Positions 8,456-19,990 are shown, numbered from the stretch's first letter. The stretch: DNA of 64,000 nucleotides from an uncultured Acidobacteriota bacterium (GCA_963779825.1 CAVZZU010000009.1:72258-136257); one strand, 5' to 3'. Made by a program: numbers and translations. The notes: generated by a model not told the origin, from the sequence alone.

Positions 8456-9397
8456 CTACCGCGCCGAAGCGGTGTCAACGCGCAGCCCTCCCTTTCCGCC
8501 GGAACTCAAATGAGCTCGCTTCTCCATCTCCACGATCACAGCCGAAAAATCAAGCTCCTGTGCTTGGGCCGCTTGTGCCGCATTGATTTCGAAAGCCGCT
8601 CGTGTCGCAGGCGTCTCTGCTTGCACTGCAGCTGCGAGGCTCAAAATCAGACCGAAGTCCTTGTTCATCAGCCGTAGCGGAAACTGCGGGCTGTAGTCGT
8701 CTATCATGGCTCGTTGTAGCTTTCCCGTATGGGCCGGAGCCACGACTGCGGTGTGGGACAAAACGTCGAGCAAACGATTGCGATCCAGACCAGCCTTCTC
8801 ACCGAGTGCCACGGCTTCGGCAATCGCCTGCATTCCGATTCCCAACAGGCTGTTCACCACCAGCTTCATAATCGCTCCCGAACCGTTTGGGCCCATGTAG
8901 AAATAGCTTCGCGCGATTGCACGGAAAATCGACTCGGCGGCTTCGAAGCAGCCTCGGTCTCCGCCACCAAACAAAACTAACGCTCCCTGTTCGGCAACCG
9001 GAGTGCTCCCGGAAATGGTCACGTCGAGGACGTCAACTCGGCTCTCGGAACCCAGTTTCGAGAGTTCGAGCGACGTCTTCGGATCGACCGTGCTCATGTC
9101 AATGATCAGTGAACCTTTCTTCGTATTGGCGAAGGTCCCCTGCAATCCGCCGTGAACCTTCAAGACAGCTTCATCGGTTGGAAGGCAGGACAACACGACA
9201 TCGCAGCTGGAGGAAAGTGCCGCGACACTTTCCGCGACTGTGCCGCCGTACTGAACAAGCTCCTGCGCCTTGCCGGGGTTCCGGTCATAAGCGGTCAACC
9301 GGAACCCGGATGCAAGCAATCGCTGTGCGATCGGCCGGCCCATATAGCCGATTCCTATAAACCCGAGCCTTGTTGTCTCTGGTGTGATCGGATTCAT
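8456..9397 (-). CDS. NAD(P)-dependent beta-hydroxyacid dehydrogenase (3-hydroxyisobutyrate / 6-phosphogluconate dehydrogenase NAD-binding family)
   Basis: N-terminal Rossmann motif LGFIGIGYMGRPIA. Good SD (AAAGGAGA) upstream of the ATG. Confidence 0.85.
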   Translation of the reverse strand: MNPITPETTRLGFIGIGYMGRPIAQRLLASGFRLTAYDRNPGKAQELVQYGGTVAESVAALSSSCDVVLSCLPTDEAVLKVHGGLQGTFANTKKGSLIIDMSTVDPKTSLELSKLGSESRVDVLDVTISGSTPVAEQGALVLFGGGDRGCFEAAESIFRAIARSYFYMGPNGSGAIMKLVVNSLLGIGMQAIAEAVALGEKAGLDRNRLLDVLSHTAVVAPAHTGKLQRAMIDDYSPQFPLRLMNKDFGLILSLAAAVQAETPATRAAFEINAAQAAQAQELDFSAVIVEMEKRAHLSSGGKGGLRVDTASAR

Positions 9398-9499
9398 ACT
9401 GGATCTCCTTTGGACGAAGACGGATCGATCTCCTCACCCCCGTCGTCGGCTTTCGTTTAGGTTTTTGCAAACTCAATTTGATCTTCGAATCCATCGATC

Positions 9500-10501
9500 C
9501 TACGCAGAAGCGGACTTGGTTGTCGGAGGCGCCATGAACTCGGGACCGACGGGATCGGCGATCGCCTGTCGCAGAATCTGGTCGATCGCCACGCGCGTAT
9601 CCGCCTCAAGTTTCCAATCGAGTGCGCCCGACACAGCTTCCAGATCCGCAGGATGGCGCGAGCCCCACAGTGCCGCAGTGATTCCGGCCGTATCCAAGAC
9701 CCAGCGCACCGCAAGATCCATCACATGTTTTCCATAGCGTTTTTGTGCCAAATCATCTAGTTGCTGAACGGCTTTCAGATATTGCGCGTAGCGTGGCAGC
9801 TGGAATTTCGGATCGGACTTGCGGAGGTCGTCGCCGGTGAACTTCGTGTCCGGCCGCATTTTCCCAGTCAGCAGCCCCCGGCACAACGGCCCGTAGGCGA
9901 GTTCGCTCAGACTCTTTTCGCGCACGAACGGCAGCACGTCTCGATCAATTTCCTGTTCGAAGAGGCTGTAGGGAGATTGATTCACGTGCAGCTCGGAAAC
10001 GGACATAAACCGCTCCATCTGCTCCGGCGAATAGTTGCTCACGCCGATCGCGCGGATCAGACCCTCGTTAAACAGGGTTTGCATGGTCCGAGCCGTTTCT
10101 TCGATCGGTACAGTCAAATCTGGCCAATGAACCTGATAGATGTCAATGTAGTCCGTGCGCAAGCGACCGAGCGAATCTTGGATTTCCTGACGGATGCGTC
10201 CGCGCGAGGAGTTTCGGGAAACGGACCCGTTGTGCCACTCGAGTCCTACTTTCGTGGCGATTACAACTTTTTCCCGGTGCCCTCTCTGCTCGATCGCCTT
10301 TCCGACGATTTCTTCGGAAACTCCAAAACCATACACCGGCGCCGTGTCAATCAGGTTAATCCCTTTGTCGAGGGCGGCGTGAATCGTTCGAATCGATTCC
10401 GTTTCGTCGGTGCCTCCCCACATCCAGCCGCCGATGGCCCAAGTACCCAAGGCGATTCGTGAAGCCGTGAGATTGGTGCCTTTGATAGGGATGTATTCCA
10501 T
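9500..10501 (-). CDS. Aldo/keto reductase
   Basis: AKR signatures: IALGTWAIGG, IDTAPVYG, and a long TIM-barrel pattern. The start at 10501 was chosen because GGAGGA precedes it; the ORF-track start at 10516 is also possible. Confidence 0.85.
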   Translation of the reverse strand: MEYIPIKGTNLTASRIALGTWAIGGWMWGGTDETESIRTIHAALDKGINLIDTAPVYGFGVSEEIVGKAIEQRGHREKVVIATKVGLEWHNGSVSRNSSRGRIRQEIQDSLGRLRTDYIDIYQVHWPDLTVPIEETARTMQTLFNEGLIRAIGVSNYSPEQMERFMSVSELHVNQSPYSLFEQEIDRDVLPFVREKSLSELAYGPLCRGLLTGKMRPDTKFTGDDLRKSDPKFQLPRYAQYLKAVQQLDDLAQKRYGKHVMDLAVRWVLDTAGITAALWGSRHPADLEAVSGALDWKLEADTRVAIDQILRQAIADPVGPEFMAPPTTKSASA

Positions 10502-10660
10502 GGCGTCCTCCGGCATTTCTCTCTTTGGAGATCGTTTGTTCTGCTTTCTCCAAGGATTCCACGAAGGCTACTATGCGATTGTCGGAAGCTGGCTTGGGCG
10601 GGCAATTCGGAAACATCCCTGCGTCGCGGTACCGCGCATGCCGCGCTGCTCCACGTTCGC

Positions 10661-12061
10661 TTATTGCTGCCAGCCGCCGCCGAGCGCCCTGTAAAGTTGC
10701 ACGAGACTTTGGTACTCGTCACCTCGCGCCTGTGCGAGCGTCAACTCAGCGGCAAACAACGATTGTTGCCCTTCCAATACTTCGAGATAGGTCGTCGTCC
10801 CGCCCCGATAACGCAAGTTGGACAGACGGACGGACTCTTGTAAATCCGCGACGCTCGTCTCTTCGCGAACCCGTACCTGGTGGAATTTTTCGTAACCGAT
10901 CAACGCGTCGGATACATCTCCGAATGCTTGTTGGATGGCTTGGCGGTACGCAATCAACTCCTGTTGGTGCTGCGACTCGGCCAGCTGCAGATTCCCCCGG
11001 AGGGCTCCTCCAGTGAAAATGGGCTGAGTCACTTGCGCGCCGTAAGACCAGATTCCAATCTGCGAGCTCATCAGACTCGTGAACGCGCTGCTGCGCCCAA
11101 AGCTTCCGCCGCCGGCGCCCGTAAAGGAAATTTGCGGAAAGAACTGCGCCTTGGCCACTCCAATTTCCGCGTTCGCGGCAACTAGGTTTTGTTCGGCCTC
11201 CCGAATATCGGGTCGGCGCTCCAAGAGCGACGAAGGCAGCCCCGCCGGCACTTCGGGAGGAAGCGTCTGCTCCACCAGCGGGCGTCCACGCGGCACGGCC
11301 TGAGGGTAGTTGCCAAGAAGTATGCTGATGGCATTTTCTTCCTGCGCGATCTGTCGCTCCAGGTCGGGAATTTGAGCGTTCGCCGTATCGAGGACCTGCT
11401 GAGCCTGCAAGACGTCAAGCTTCGTGGCTACGCCGTGCTCGACTCGAAAATTGGTGAGCTTCACCGAATCCTGCTGCGATATGACGGTCTCATGAGTGAT
11501 TTGGAGCGAAAGGTCGAGTCGCAGGAGCTCGAAATAATCGCTCGCCACGTCGCTCACGAGCGTCAATATGACCGTCTGCTTCGCATCTTGTGTCGCCAGA
11601 AGTTGAGCACGCGCCGCTTCGGTCGCGCGGCGCAACTTTCCGAAAAGGTCCAACTGAAACGCTGCGTCACCCGTCAGCATCAGAAAGTTGTACTTGGTTC
11701 GGGTCGCACCATCTTTTCCGCCCTCAAAATCTCCATTCCCTTGCAGCTGCGGAAAAAGATAGGAGCGCGTTATGGCAACTTGGGCACGCTCCTCATTGAT
11801 GCGCTCCGTTGCGATCTGCAAGTCGTAGTTCTGCTTTAAGGCTGTGCGGATCAGATCCTGTAATTGCTGATCCTGGAAGACCTGCCACCAGGGAAGATCG
11901 GCATAGGACGCAGTCTGGGCCTGGACGGGCGAGTTGTCGCTAAGATCCCGGAACACGGCCGGGGTCTGAACGTCAGGCTTGTGGTAGTTCGGACCTACCG
12001 CGCACCCGGCGGCTAAGCTCGCGGCTATCGCGGCGGCGATGTACGGCGCTAGTTTCTTCAT
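10661..12061 (-). CDS. RND efflux outer-membrane lipoprotein, NodT/OprM family
   Basis: Lipobox ASLAAGC, two OEP repeats, and position downstream of the RND pump gene. Confidence 0.9.
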   Translation of the reverse strand: MKKLAPYIAAAIAASLAAGCAVGPNYHKPDVQTPAVFRDLSDNSPVQAQTASYADLPWWQVFQDQQLQDLIRTALKQNYDLQIATERINEERAQVAITRSYLFPQLQGNGDFEGGKDGATRTKYNFLMLTGDAAFQLDLFGKLRRATEAARAQLLATQDAKQTVILTLVSDVASDYFELLRLDLSLQITHETVISQQDSVKLTNFRVEHGVATKLDVLQAQQVLDTANAQIPDLERQIAQEENAISILLGNYPQAVPRGRPLVEQTLPPEVPAGLPSSLLERRPDIREAEQNLVAANAEIGVAKAQFFPQISFTGAGGGSFGRSSAFTSLMSSQIGIWSYGAQVTQPIFTGGALRGNLQLAESQHQQELIAYRQAIQQAFGDVSDALIGYEKFHQVRVREETSVADLQESVRLSNLRYRGGTTTYLEVLEGQQSLFAAELTLAQARGDEYQSLVQLYRALGGGWQQ

Positions 12062-12109
12062 AGGCGGCTCCGCTGTTCGTCCTCGGTACCGTGTTCGCTG
12101 ATATTCATC

Positions 12110-15100
12110 TCAGTCACCCGGCGCTGGAGCGGGCGATGCCGGCAACACTCCGGGAGCAGGCTCCTTCCCGGCGCCTGACCATTTCTCCACGAGGTAGAAA
12201 ATCGCGGGCACGAAAAAGATTCCGATCAAGCTGGCGGCCATCATCCCGCCGATCACAGTTGTGCCCATGATTTGGCGCGCGACCGCCCCGGCACCGGACG
12301 CTGTCCACAGCGGCACGCAACCAAGAATGAAGGCGAAGGAAGTCATCAAAATCGGCCGCAGACGAAGCCTGGCTCCTTCGAGCGCAGCATCGGCCAGGGG
12401 CTTCCCCTGTTCGTGCTCGTCCTTGGCGAACTCGACGATCAAAATCGCATTCTTAGCGGCCAGACCGATCAGCATAACCAACCCGATTTGCGAATAAACG
12501 TCGGTCTCGATCTGGACCATGTAAGGCGGCAGGAACACCCCGAGGAGGACGCGGCGCAGCCATAGGATTGCGAAGGCTCCGAAAATCGCCACCGGCGTGC
12601 TCAGCAGCACGCTGAAGGGGAGCGCCCAGCTTTCATATAGTGCCGCCAGGACCAGAAAAACGAACAACAGGGAGATCCCGAAAATCACCGCAGGGGGCAC
12701 TCCCTCGCGCGCTTTCTGCTCCTGGAACGATATGCCGGAGTAATCGAAACCCATTTCGCGCGGCATGCTTTGATGAAACACTTCTTCGAGCGCGGCAGTG
12801 GCCTGATCCGCGCTGTAACCCGGCGCGGCGCTCCCGTTGATTTGCGCGGAGCGGTATTCGTTAAAGCGCAAAGTGAATTCCGGGCCGAGGCGTGGCTCTA
12901 TGGACGTAAGCGTCGAGAGGGGAACGTTCTGTCCCTTGTTGTTGAGGACGTAGAACCGCCCGACATTTTCCGCGTTGGCCCGGTCTTCATTCTCCGCTTC
13001 GATGTAAACCTGCCACTGGCGGCCAAAGCGATTGAAATAGTTGATGAAATATCCGCCCATGAACGCCTGTATCGTCTTGTAGACGTCGCTTAAAGCCACC
13101 CCCTGCTTCAGCACTTTGTCTCGGTCCACCTTGACGAACTGTTGCGGGACGCTCGCCAAGAAAGTGGTACTGAGGCTGGCGATTTCCGGCCGTTTTCGGG
13201 CGGCATCAAGAAAAATGCCCAGGTTCTTAGCGAGGAACTGAATGTCGCTGCCGGAACGGTCCTCGAGGATGAACGTAAACCCGCCGGACGTGCCGACACC
13301 CGGAATGGCGGGCGGGGAGAATGCGAAGGCAACTGCGGCAGGCAACTTGCTCAACTGCTGATTCAGGTGCGTCTTGAGCGATTGAAATTGCTCGGCCCGC
13401 GTCTTGCGCTCATCCCAGGGTTTGAAGGTCACAAAAAAAGTGGCGTTGTAACTGGTGCGCACGTAACTCAGCAAACTGAAGCCGACGAAGCCGGTAACCG
13501 TCTGGACCCCCGGCGTATTCATCAGGATTTTTTCCACATCAGCCGAGACGGCCGTCGTGCGTTCGAGCGAAGACCCATTCGGCAACTGCACGTTGACGTA
13601 GGCGTAGCCTTGATCTTCATCCGGAAGGAAGCTCGACGGCACATGGCTTGCGAAAAACCCGCCCGCCAGTCCAAAGACCAAGAGTGCCACGATCACGACG
13701 ACGGTCTTGTGCAGGAGTGCCCCGCTCCAACGAACGTAGCCCTCGGTCGCGCGACCGAATGCGCGGTTGAACGAATCGAAAAATCGTCTCAGCAATCCCC
13801 TGCTCTCCTTCCGGGGCCGCAGCAGCAGGGCGGCGAGAGCTGGGCTGAGCGTGAGCGCGTTAAACGCCGAAAGCAGCACGGAAATCGCGATCGTAACCGC
13901 GAATTGCTGGTAGAGTTTGCCGGTGATTCCGGGAACAAACGCCGTTGGTATAAAGACCGCGGAGAGAACCAGCGCTATACCTACGACGGGTCCGGAGAGT
14001 TCGTCCATCGCTTTCAGCGCCGCGTCTTTCGGCGTCATGCCCTCCTCGATGTGTCGCTGGACACCTTCGACTACGACGATCGCATCGTCCACCACCAAGC
14101 CGATCGCCAGCACCAACCCGAAAAGAGACAGCGTATTGATCGAAAAACCGAAGACTGGAAACAGTATGAATGTGCCGACAAGCGAAACCGGCACGGCAAG
14201 CAGCGGAATCAGGGTGGCGCGCCAGTCCTGCAAGAACAGGAAGACAACCAGCATTACCAGTGCCAGCGCTATTACCAGCGTTTCCACGATTTCTTTCATG
14301 CCTTGCGTGACCGATCGGGTTGTGTCCAGCGCCACCACGAAATCCAGGTCTTCCGGGAAGCGCTGCTTCAACTGAGCCATCAGCTTCCTGACGCCGGCTG
14401 CCGCATCAACTGCATTCGATCCCGGCAGCTGGTAAGTCGCGATGACTGCACTCGGCGCTCCGTTAAGCCGTCCGGCGACGCTATAGTCCTGCGAACCCAG
14501 CTCGATTCGAGCAACATCCCGGACCCGCACAATCCCGCCGTCCGGCGTCTCGCGCACCACAATCTGTCCGAATTCTTCCGGCGACACCAGGCGGCCCTGC
14601 GCCAAAACCGAATAGGTAAATTCCTGTCCCTTGGGTGCAGGTTCGCCCCCTGCCTTCCCGGCCGGATTTACGGTGTTCTGCGCCTGAACGGCGCTTACGA
14701 TCTCGGGCACCGTAATGCCGAGCTTGGCCAGCTGGTCGGGTTTTACCCACATTCGCATGGCGTACTGCCCGGAGCCGAATACTTGAACGTTTCCGATGCC
14801 CGGCGAACGCAGGATCGGATCCGCGAGATTGATGTACGCGTAGTTCGCCAGAAAATTGGCGTCGTACGTTCCATGCGGCGAATACACCGCGATTAACATC
14901 AACGGTGCGGTCACTGATTTTCGAACCGTGACTCCGTAATTGGTCACGTCCACAGGAAGCTGAGAAGCCGCCAGCGTTTCGCGGCTTTGCGCCAGAATGT
15001 AGTCCGTGTTCGGATCTGTTTTTTGGTCGAAGTCCACAATCAGCGTGGTGGTCGAGTTCGCTGTGGCGTTCAGCGAATACATGTAGTTCATGTTGTCCAC

Positions 15101-15313
15101 GCCACTCATCTGCTGTTCGATGGGAGTGGCCACCGCCTGTTCCAGCGTTTGCGCATCCGCTCCCACGTAGGTCGCCAGAATTTGAATCTCGGGAGGTGCG
15201 ATGTTGGGAAATTGTGCGACGGGTAGACTCAGTATCGTGATCGAGCCAACGATGACCAGCACGATCGAAATCACCATGGCGACGATGGGGCGATTGATAA
15301 AGAACTTTGACAT
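12110..15313 (-). CDS. RND multidrug efflux permease (HAE1, AcrB-like)
   Basis: Starts MSKFFINRPIVAMVISI. About 1067 aa with a 12-TM pattern. The start at 15313 is placed just after the MFP stop. Confidence 0.95.
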   Translation of the reverse strand: MSKFFINRPIVAMVISIVLVIVGSITILSLPVAQFPNIAPPEIQILATYVGADAQTLEQAVATPIEQQMSGVDNMNYMYSLNATANSTTTLIVDFDQKTDPNTDYILAQSRETLAASQLPVDVTNYGVTVRKSVTAPLMLIAVYSPHGTYDANFLANYAYINLADPILRSPGIGNVQVFGSGQYAMRMWVKPDQLAKLGITVPEIVSAVQAQNTVNPAGKAGGEPAPKGQEFTYSVLAQGRLVSPEEFGQIVVRETPDGGIVRVRDVARIELGSQDYSVAGRLNGAPSAVIATYQLPGSNAVDAAAGVRKLMAQLKQRFPEDLDFVVALDTTRSVTQGMKEIVETLVIALALVMLVVFLFLQDWRATLIPLLAVPVSLVGTFILFPVFGFSINTLSLFGLVLAIGLVVDDAIVVVEGVQRHIEEGMTPKDAALKAMDELSGPVVGIALVLSAVFIPTAFVPGITGKLYQQFAVTIAISVLLSAFNALTLSPALAALLLRPRKESRGLLRRFFDSFNRAFGRATEGYVRWSGALLHKTVVVIVALLVFGLAGGFFASHVPSSFLPDEDQGYAYVNVQLPNGSSLERTTAVSADVEKILMNTPGVQTVTGFVGFSLLSYVRTSYNATFFVTFKPWDERKTRAEQFQSLKTHLNQQLSKLPAAVAFAFSPPAIPGVGTSGGFTFILEDRSGSDIQFLAKNLGIFLDAARKRPEIASLSTTFLASVPQQFVKVDRDKVLKQGVALSDVYKTIQAFMGGYFINYFNRFGRQWQVYIEAENEDRANAENVGRFYVLNNKGQNVPLSTLTSIEPRLGPEFTLRFNEYRSAQINGSAAPGYSADQATAALEEVFHQSMPREMGFDYSGISFQEQKAREGVPPAVIFGISLLFVFLVLAALYESWALPFSVLLSTPVAIFGAFAILWLRRVLLGVFLPPYMVQIETDVYSQIGLVMLIGLAAKNAILIVEFAKDEHEQGKPLADAALEGARLRLRPILMTSFAFILGCVPLWTASGAGAVARQIMGTTVIGGMMAASLIGIFFVPAIFYLVEKWSGAGKEPAPGVLPASPAPAPGD

Positions 15314-15317
15314 GGGA

Positions 15318-16523
15318 TTACCTTCCTGCTGTTTGTCCGGCAAAAGGCTTGGGATTCACCTGCATTCCCTGACGCACCTTCTGCACTCCCTCGGCCACAA
15401 CGCGTTCGCCCGGCTTAAGGCCATCGGTAATAATCCAGTCGGAACCGACTCGGTCGCCGACTTTAACCGTCTGTATTCTCACTTTGTTCTCGCCGTCCAC
15501 CACCGCCACCTGATAGCCGCCCTGCAACTCCGAGACTGAACGCTGGGGTACTAGCAACGCGCCTTGCTGGATTCGGGTGGCCGTGCGAATCCTGGCGTAA
15601 CCGCCGGGGCGCAGGATGTTGCCAGGGTTGGAAAATAACCCGGCGAGCCGAATTGCGCCCGTATTCGGATCCACTTGGCGGTCCGCGAAGTAAAACGTGC
15701 CGTCGCGCGGATACGTCGAGCCGTCGGCCAAAATCAGTTGGAGTCGCAGATCCTTGTCAGCCGCTTCCCTGGTAGCATCGGTCGGAAATCGTTTTCTCCA
15801 CGCGAGATACTCTTGTTCGCTGACGGTGAAATAGACCTTGATGGGATCAACAGTGGACACCGAAGTCACCGGCCCGCTGCTGGGATTGACCAGCGCGCCT
15901 ACCTGGAGTTGAGCCTGTCCGGCGATGCCGTCAATCGGTGCTATGAGGCGCGTAAAATCCAGGTTGATCTGCGCCGTTTCGACAGCCGCTTGCGCCGTCT
16001 GGATTTGCGCCTGGGCCGTTGCCACTGTAGCCTTGGCTGCCAGATTATTCTGAATGGCGTTGTCCAGGTCTTGCTGGCTGGCGGCCTCCTCCTTTGCCAG
16101 TGGCGTGTAACGGTTCACATCCAGTTCGGTTCTGCGCTGAACGGCCTCGGCATTGGCAAGCTGGGCCTTCGCTTGAGCCAATTGCCCCTCGACCTGATCG
16201 AGCACCGCCTGGAACGGACGCGGATCGATCTGAAACAACAGCTGTCCCTGCTTCACGAACGCGCCTTCCTGGTATCCCTGCCGCAGCAGGTAGCCGCTGA
16301 CCTGCGCCCGGACGTCCGCATTCGTAAATCCGTCGAGCGTGCCAATCCACTCGCTGTAAATCGGAACATCCTTCTGCGCGACCTCCACCACCTCAACGTC
16401 GGGCGTAGGTCCCGGCTGCGCTCCCGATACATGTTCCAGGCGCGTTGCCGCGAAAATTAGGCCGAACGCGACCAAGCAAAGTGATCCGCCTATTATCAGA
16501 ATACGTCTCAAAGGGGTGTTCAT
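15318..16523 (-). CDS. RND efflux periplasmic adaptor (membrane fusion protein, AcrA-like)
   Basis: N-terminal TM/signal segment, a coiled-coil hairpin rich in AQ repeats, and a beta-barrel C-terminus. It is the first gene of the triad. Confidence 0.9.
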   Translation of the reverse strand: MNTPLRRILIIGGSLCLVAFGLIFAATRLEHVSGAQPGPTPDVEVVEVAQKDVPIYSEWIGTLDGFTNADVRAQVSGYLLRQGYQEGAFVKQGQLLFQIDPRPFQAVLDQVEGQLAQAKAQLANAEAVQRRTELDVNRYTPLAKEEAASQQDLDNAIQNNLAAKATVATAQAQIQTAQAAVETAQINLDFTRLIAPIDGIAGQAQLQVGALVNPSSGPVTSVSTVDPIKVYFTVSEQEYLAWRKRFPTDATREAADKDLRLQLILADGSTYPRDGTFYFADRQVDPNTGAIRLAGLFSNPGNILRPGGYARIRTATRIQQGALLVPQRSVSELQGGYQVAVVDGENKVRIQTVKVGDRVGSDWIITDGLKPGERVVAEGVQKVRQGMQVNPKPFAGQTAGR

Positions 16524-16735
16524 CTTCGTCTCCGGCGCGGTGCGATTGGGCGAGGGCCGATATTAACATTTCTTGTGTGGACCGTCTTCCCCCAAGCCGA
16601 ATTTGCTAATCGGACGGAATCCTCGCCAACTGCATTTCTTTGTTGATGGATATTAATGCCGGTCGTGAAACGCGGGGTTGTTACGCTTGCGTGAATGCGC
16701 CTCGCTTTTTCCCCTCACCTTGCGTTCCATAGCAC

Positions 16736-16765
16736 TTGACATTGGATTCACCTAGTAGGTAAATA
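16736..16765 (+). promoter_or_regulatory. Sigma-70-like promoter: TTGACA, 17 nt spacer, GTAAAT
   Basis: Exact -35 hexamer and an A/T-rich -10 region, about 35 nt upstream of the fdnG start. Confidence 0.4.
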
Positions 16766-16798
16766 GGCTCCGAATCCTGACTGGATCAGGAGGCGCCC

Positions 16799-19700
16799 TT
16801 GGCTCAGACGTCCCGCAGAGACTTCTTCAAGGTTGCGGCGGTCGGTGGCGTCGCCGCCACAGTTTTTGGTTTCGACCTCAAGCCCGCCTACGCTCAGCTC
16901 AAAGAGTTAAAAATCGCGCGCGCGGCCGAGACGCGCTCGACGTGTCCGTACTGCGCGGTGGGTTGCGGAGTCCTCATCTACACGATCGGGGACCGGGCGA
17001 AAAACGTCACGCCGCAGGTGATTCACGTCGAAGGCGATCCCGATCATCCCACCAATCGCGGCACGCTGTGCCCGAAGGGCTCCTCACTTGAACAGGACAT
17101 GTTCAACCCGCGGCGGCTGATGAAGCCGCAAGTCCGGCGGCCTGGCGCAACGGACTGGCAGGACATTTCCTGGGACATGGCCTTGGATGAGATTGCGCAT
17201 TGGACTAAAAAGACCCGTGACGCCACGTTCGTGGAAAAAGACGCGAATGGGCGGACGGTAAACCAGTGCCAAGGCATCTCGTTCATCGGCGGCTGCACCG
17301 ACACAAATGAATTCAATTATCTGGCCGTAAAGGCGATGAGGAGTCTGGGCTTGGTTTATTTAGAAAACCAAGCCCGTGTTTGACACGGCCCCACGGTCTC
17401 AAGTTTGGGACCAACGTTTGGACGCGGGGCGATGACGAATGGCTGGATCGACATCAAGAACACCGACATGATGTTGATCATGGGTGGGAATCCCGCCGAG
17501 AACCATCCCTGCGGCTTCAAGTGGGCGATGGAGGCCAAACGCAACCGGAATGCTAAGCTCATCTCGGTTGATCCGAGATTTACTCGCACGTCCGCGACCG
17601 CCGACCTCTTTCTTCAAATACGCGCCGGGACCGACATTGCATTTCTCGGCGGGCTGATCCGCTACGCCATCGAAAACAACCGGATCGCCAAGGAATATCT
17701 CGTCAATTACACAAACGCCGCGTTCATCGTCGAGGATGGTTTCAAGCTGCCGGACGACGGGCTGTTCTCCGGGTTCGATTCCGCTTCAGGCGCCTACGAT
17801 AAAACCACCTGGAACTATCAAAGTGTAGGAGAAGCCGGCGGCGGGACGGGTGCTGCCTCGCATTCCGGCCATGGTCCTGCTGCACACTCGCCCGGTACAG
17901 CCGCGACACCGGCTCCCACCCTACCGCCAAACGTGGCGTACGATCTGACGCTCCAGCATCCGCGTTGCGTATTCCAACTGTTGAAGCAGCAGTATTCGCG
18001 CTATACGCCTGAAATGGTCGAGCGCATCACCGGCATCCCCAAGGAACAATTCCTCAAGGCCGTTGACATGTTCACCTCCATCCGCAAAGACGGCGACACC
18101 AAGAAGGTGGCCACAATCATCTACGCAGTCGGTTGGACGCAGCACACCTTCGGGACGCAGATTATTCGCACCGCCGCCATGATTCAACTGTTGCTCGGGA
18201 ACGTCGGGCGGGCGGGCGGCGGCGTGAACGCGCTGCGCGGACATTCGAACATTCAGGGCGCAACGGACATGGGCGGGCTCGCGGACGGCATGCCTGGATA
18301 TTTGAAAGTGCCCACTCCTGCGGACACGGACCTGGCGGCGTACCTGAAGCGCACAACACCGACAGCTTCGAAACCCGGCGCCTGGGATTCGTTCAACTAT
18401 TACTCGAACACGTCGAAATTCTTTGTATCCCTGTTGAAAGCGTTCTACGGGGATGCGGCGACGAAGGAAAATGGGTTTGCGTATGATTACTTTCCCAAAG
18501 TGGATCGCGATTATTCGTGGACGCATATCTGGGACGACATGTACAACGGCAAGGTCAAGGGGATGTTTGCGTTCGGGATGAACGGCGTGATGATTGGGCC
18601 GGACACCGCGAAGAACATCGACGCGCTGAAGAAGGCGGACTGGCTTGTCGTGGGCGAAATTTATCCCGATGAGACCAGCGAGTTCTGGAAAGCGCCGGGA
18701 ATCACGGCCGACGAGCAGAAAACCATCAACACGACGGTGTATCGCCTTCCGTGCGCCGGTTTTGCGGAAAAAGACGGCAGCATGACCAACTCGGCGCGCT
18801 GGGTCACATGGAAATATGCTGCAGTACCTCCTCCGGGAGATGCGCGGCTCGATCAGGATATCGTTGCGCAGGTTTTCCTTCGCGTCCGCGGTCTGTACAG
18901 GAAAGAGGGCGGAAAATTCCCCGATCCCATTCTGAATGCAAGTTGGGCATATGCGGACGCGGAACACCCTTCGCTTTCGCAAGTGGCCATGGAGCTCAAC
19001 GGCAGAGCGCTCGCGGACCTGAAGGATGACGCGACGGGCCAGGTCGTGCTAAAGGCGGGCCAGCAGCTACCAGGTTTCGCAGCGCTGAAGGATGACGGCA
19101 CGACCATGTGCGGAAATTGGATCTATTCCGGTATGTGGACGGAAGCGGGGTCGCAATGCCAGCGGCGCGGCACGGAGGATCCTTCGGGCCTGGGAGTGTT
19201 CGGCAACTGGTCGTGGTCGTGGCCTGCCAACCGGCGCATTCTTTACAATCGCGCTTCGTGCAATCCGGACGGGAAGCCGTGGGATCCGGATCGGAAGCAG
19301 ATCGCGTGGAATGAAACGACGGGTAAATGGGCTGGTGCCGACGTGCCGGACTTCAAGGTTGACTCCCCTCCGAAGGATCACATGGGGCCGTTCATCATGA
19401 ACGCGGAGGGCGTGGGGCGTTTGTTCGCTCCCATCGGAGTGCTTGCGGACGGGCCGTTTCCCGAATTTTACGAACCGATCGAAAGCCCGATCAAGAATCC
19501 CCTGCACCCCGATCAATCGAATAATCCGCTGGTGAAGAAGTTCAAGACGCCGTATGACAAGTTTGGATCGCCGGACGAGTACAGCATCGTCTGCACCACC
19601 TACCGGCTGACCGAGCAGTATCACTACTGGACGAAGAATAATCCGATGAATGTGCAGTTGATTCCGGAACCATTCGTGGAGATTCCTGTGGAGTTGGCGG

Positions 19701-19981
19701 ACGAAAAAGGAATTCGCGGGACGGACTTGATCCACGTGATCAGCGCTCGGGGAACCTACACCGCCAAAGCTTTCGTGACGCGGCGTCTGAGGCCGATGAT
19801 GATTGACGGCAAGAAGGTCTATCAGATCGGGCTACCGATTCACCAGGGTTTCCGCGGTATTGACGAGGACGAAGGAAGAAACGCGCGAACGCCGGCGAAT
19901 TTGTTGACACCCACAGTCACCGATCCGAATGCCCACACGCCTGAATCCAAGGGCTTCCTGGTAAAGGTCGAGAAGGCATAG
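16799..19981 (+). CDS. fdnG: Formate dehydrogenase alpha subunit, Tat-exported, selenocysteine-containing (in-frame UGA at 17381-17383)
   Basis: Twin-arginine signal SRRDFFK. The two ORF-track pieces (16799-17383 and 17405-19981) join in frame through TGA in the conserved context ENQARV-U-HGPTVS...FGRGAMTN, as in E. coli FdnG/FdoG. Confidence 0.9.
17381..17412 (+). other. Selenocysteine UGA plus a SECIS-like hairpin
   Basis: The stem GGTCTC/GGGACC with loop AAGTTT begins 12 nt after the UGA. Confidence 0.6.
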
Positions 19982-19990
19982 AGAGCGACG

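Noticed and set aside
13142-14896. A 584-aa ORF antisense to the RND pump gene, and 15675-16460(+) antisense to the MFP gene.
   Set aside because: These are GC-rich antisense shadows. The sense-strand proteins have unmistakable family signatures.
17921-19735. ORFs 17921-18982(-) and 19067-19735(-) antisense to fdnG, plus 20003-20728(-) antisense to fdnH.
   Set aside because: Antisense shadows of a strongly supported operon.
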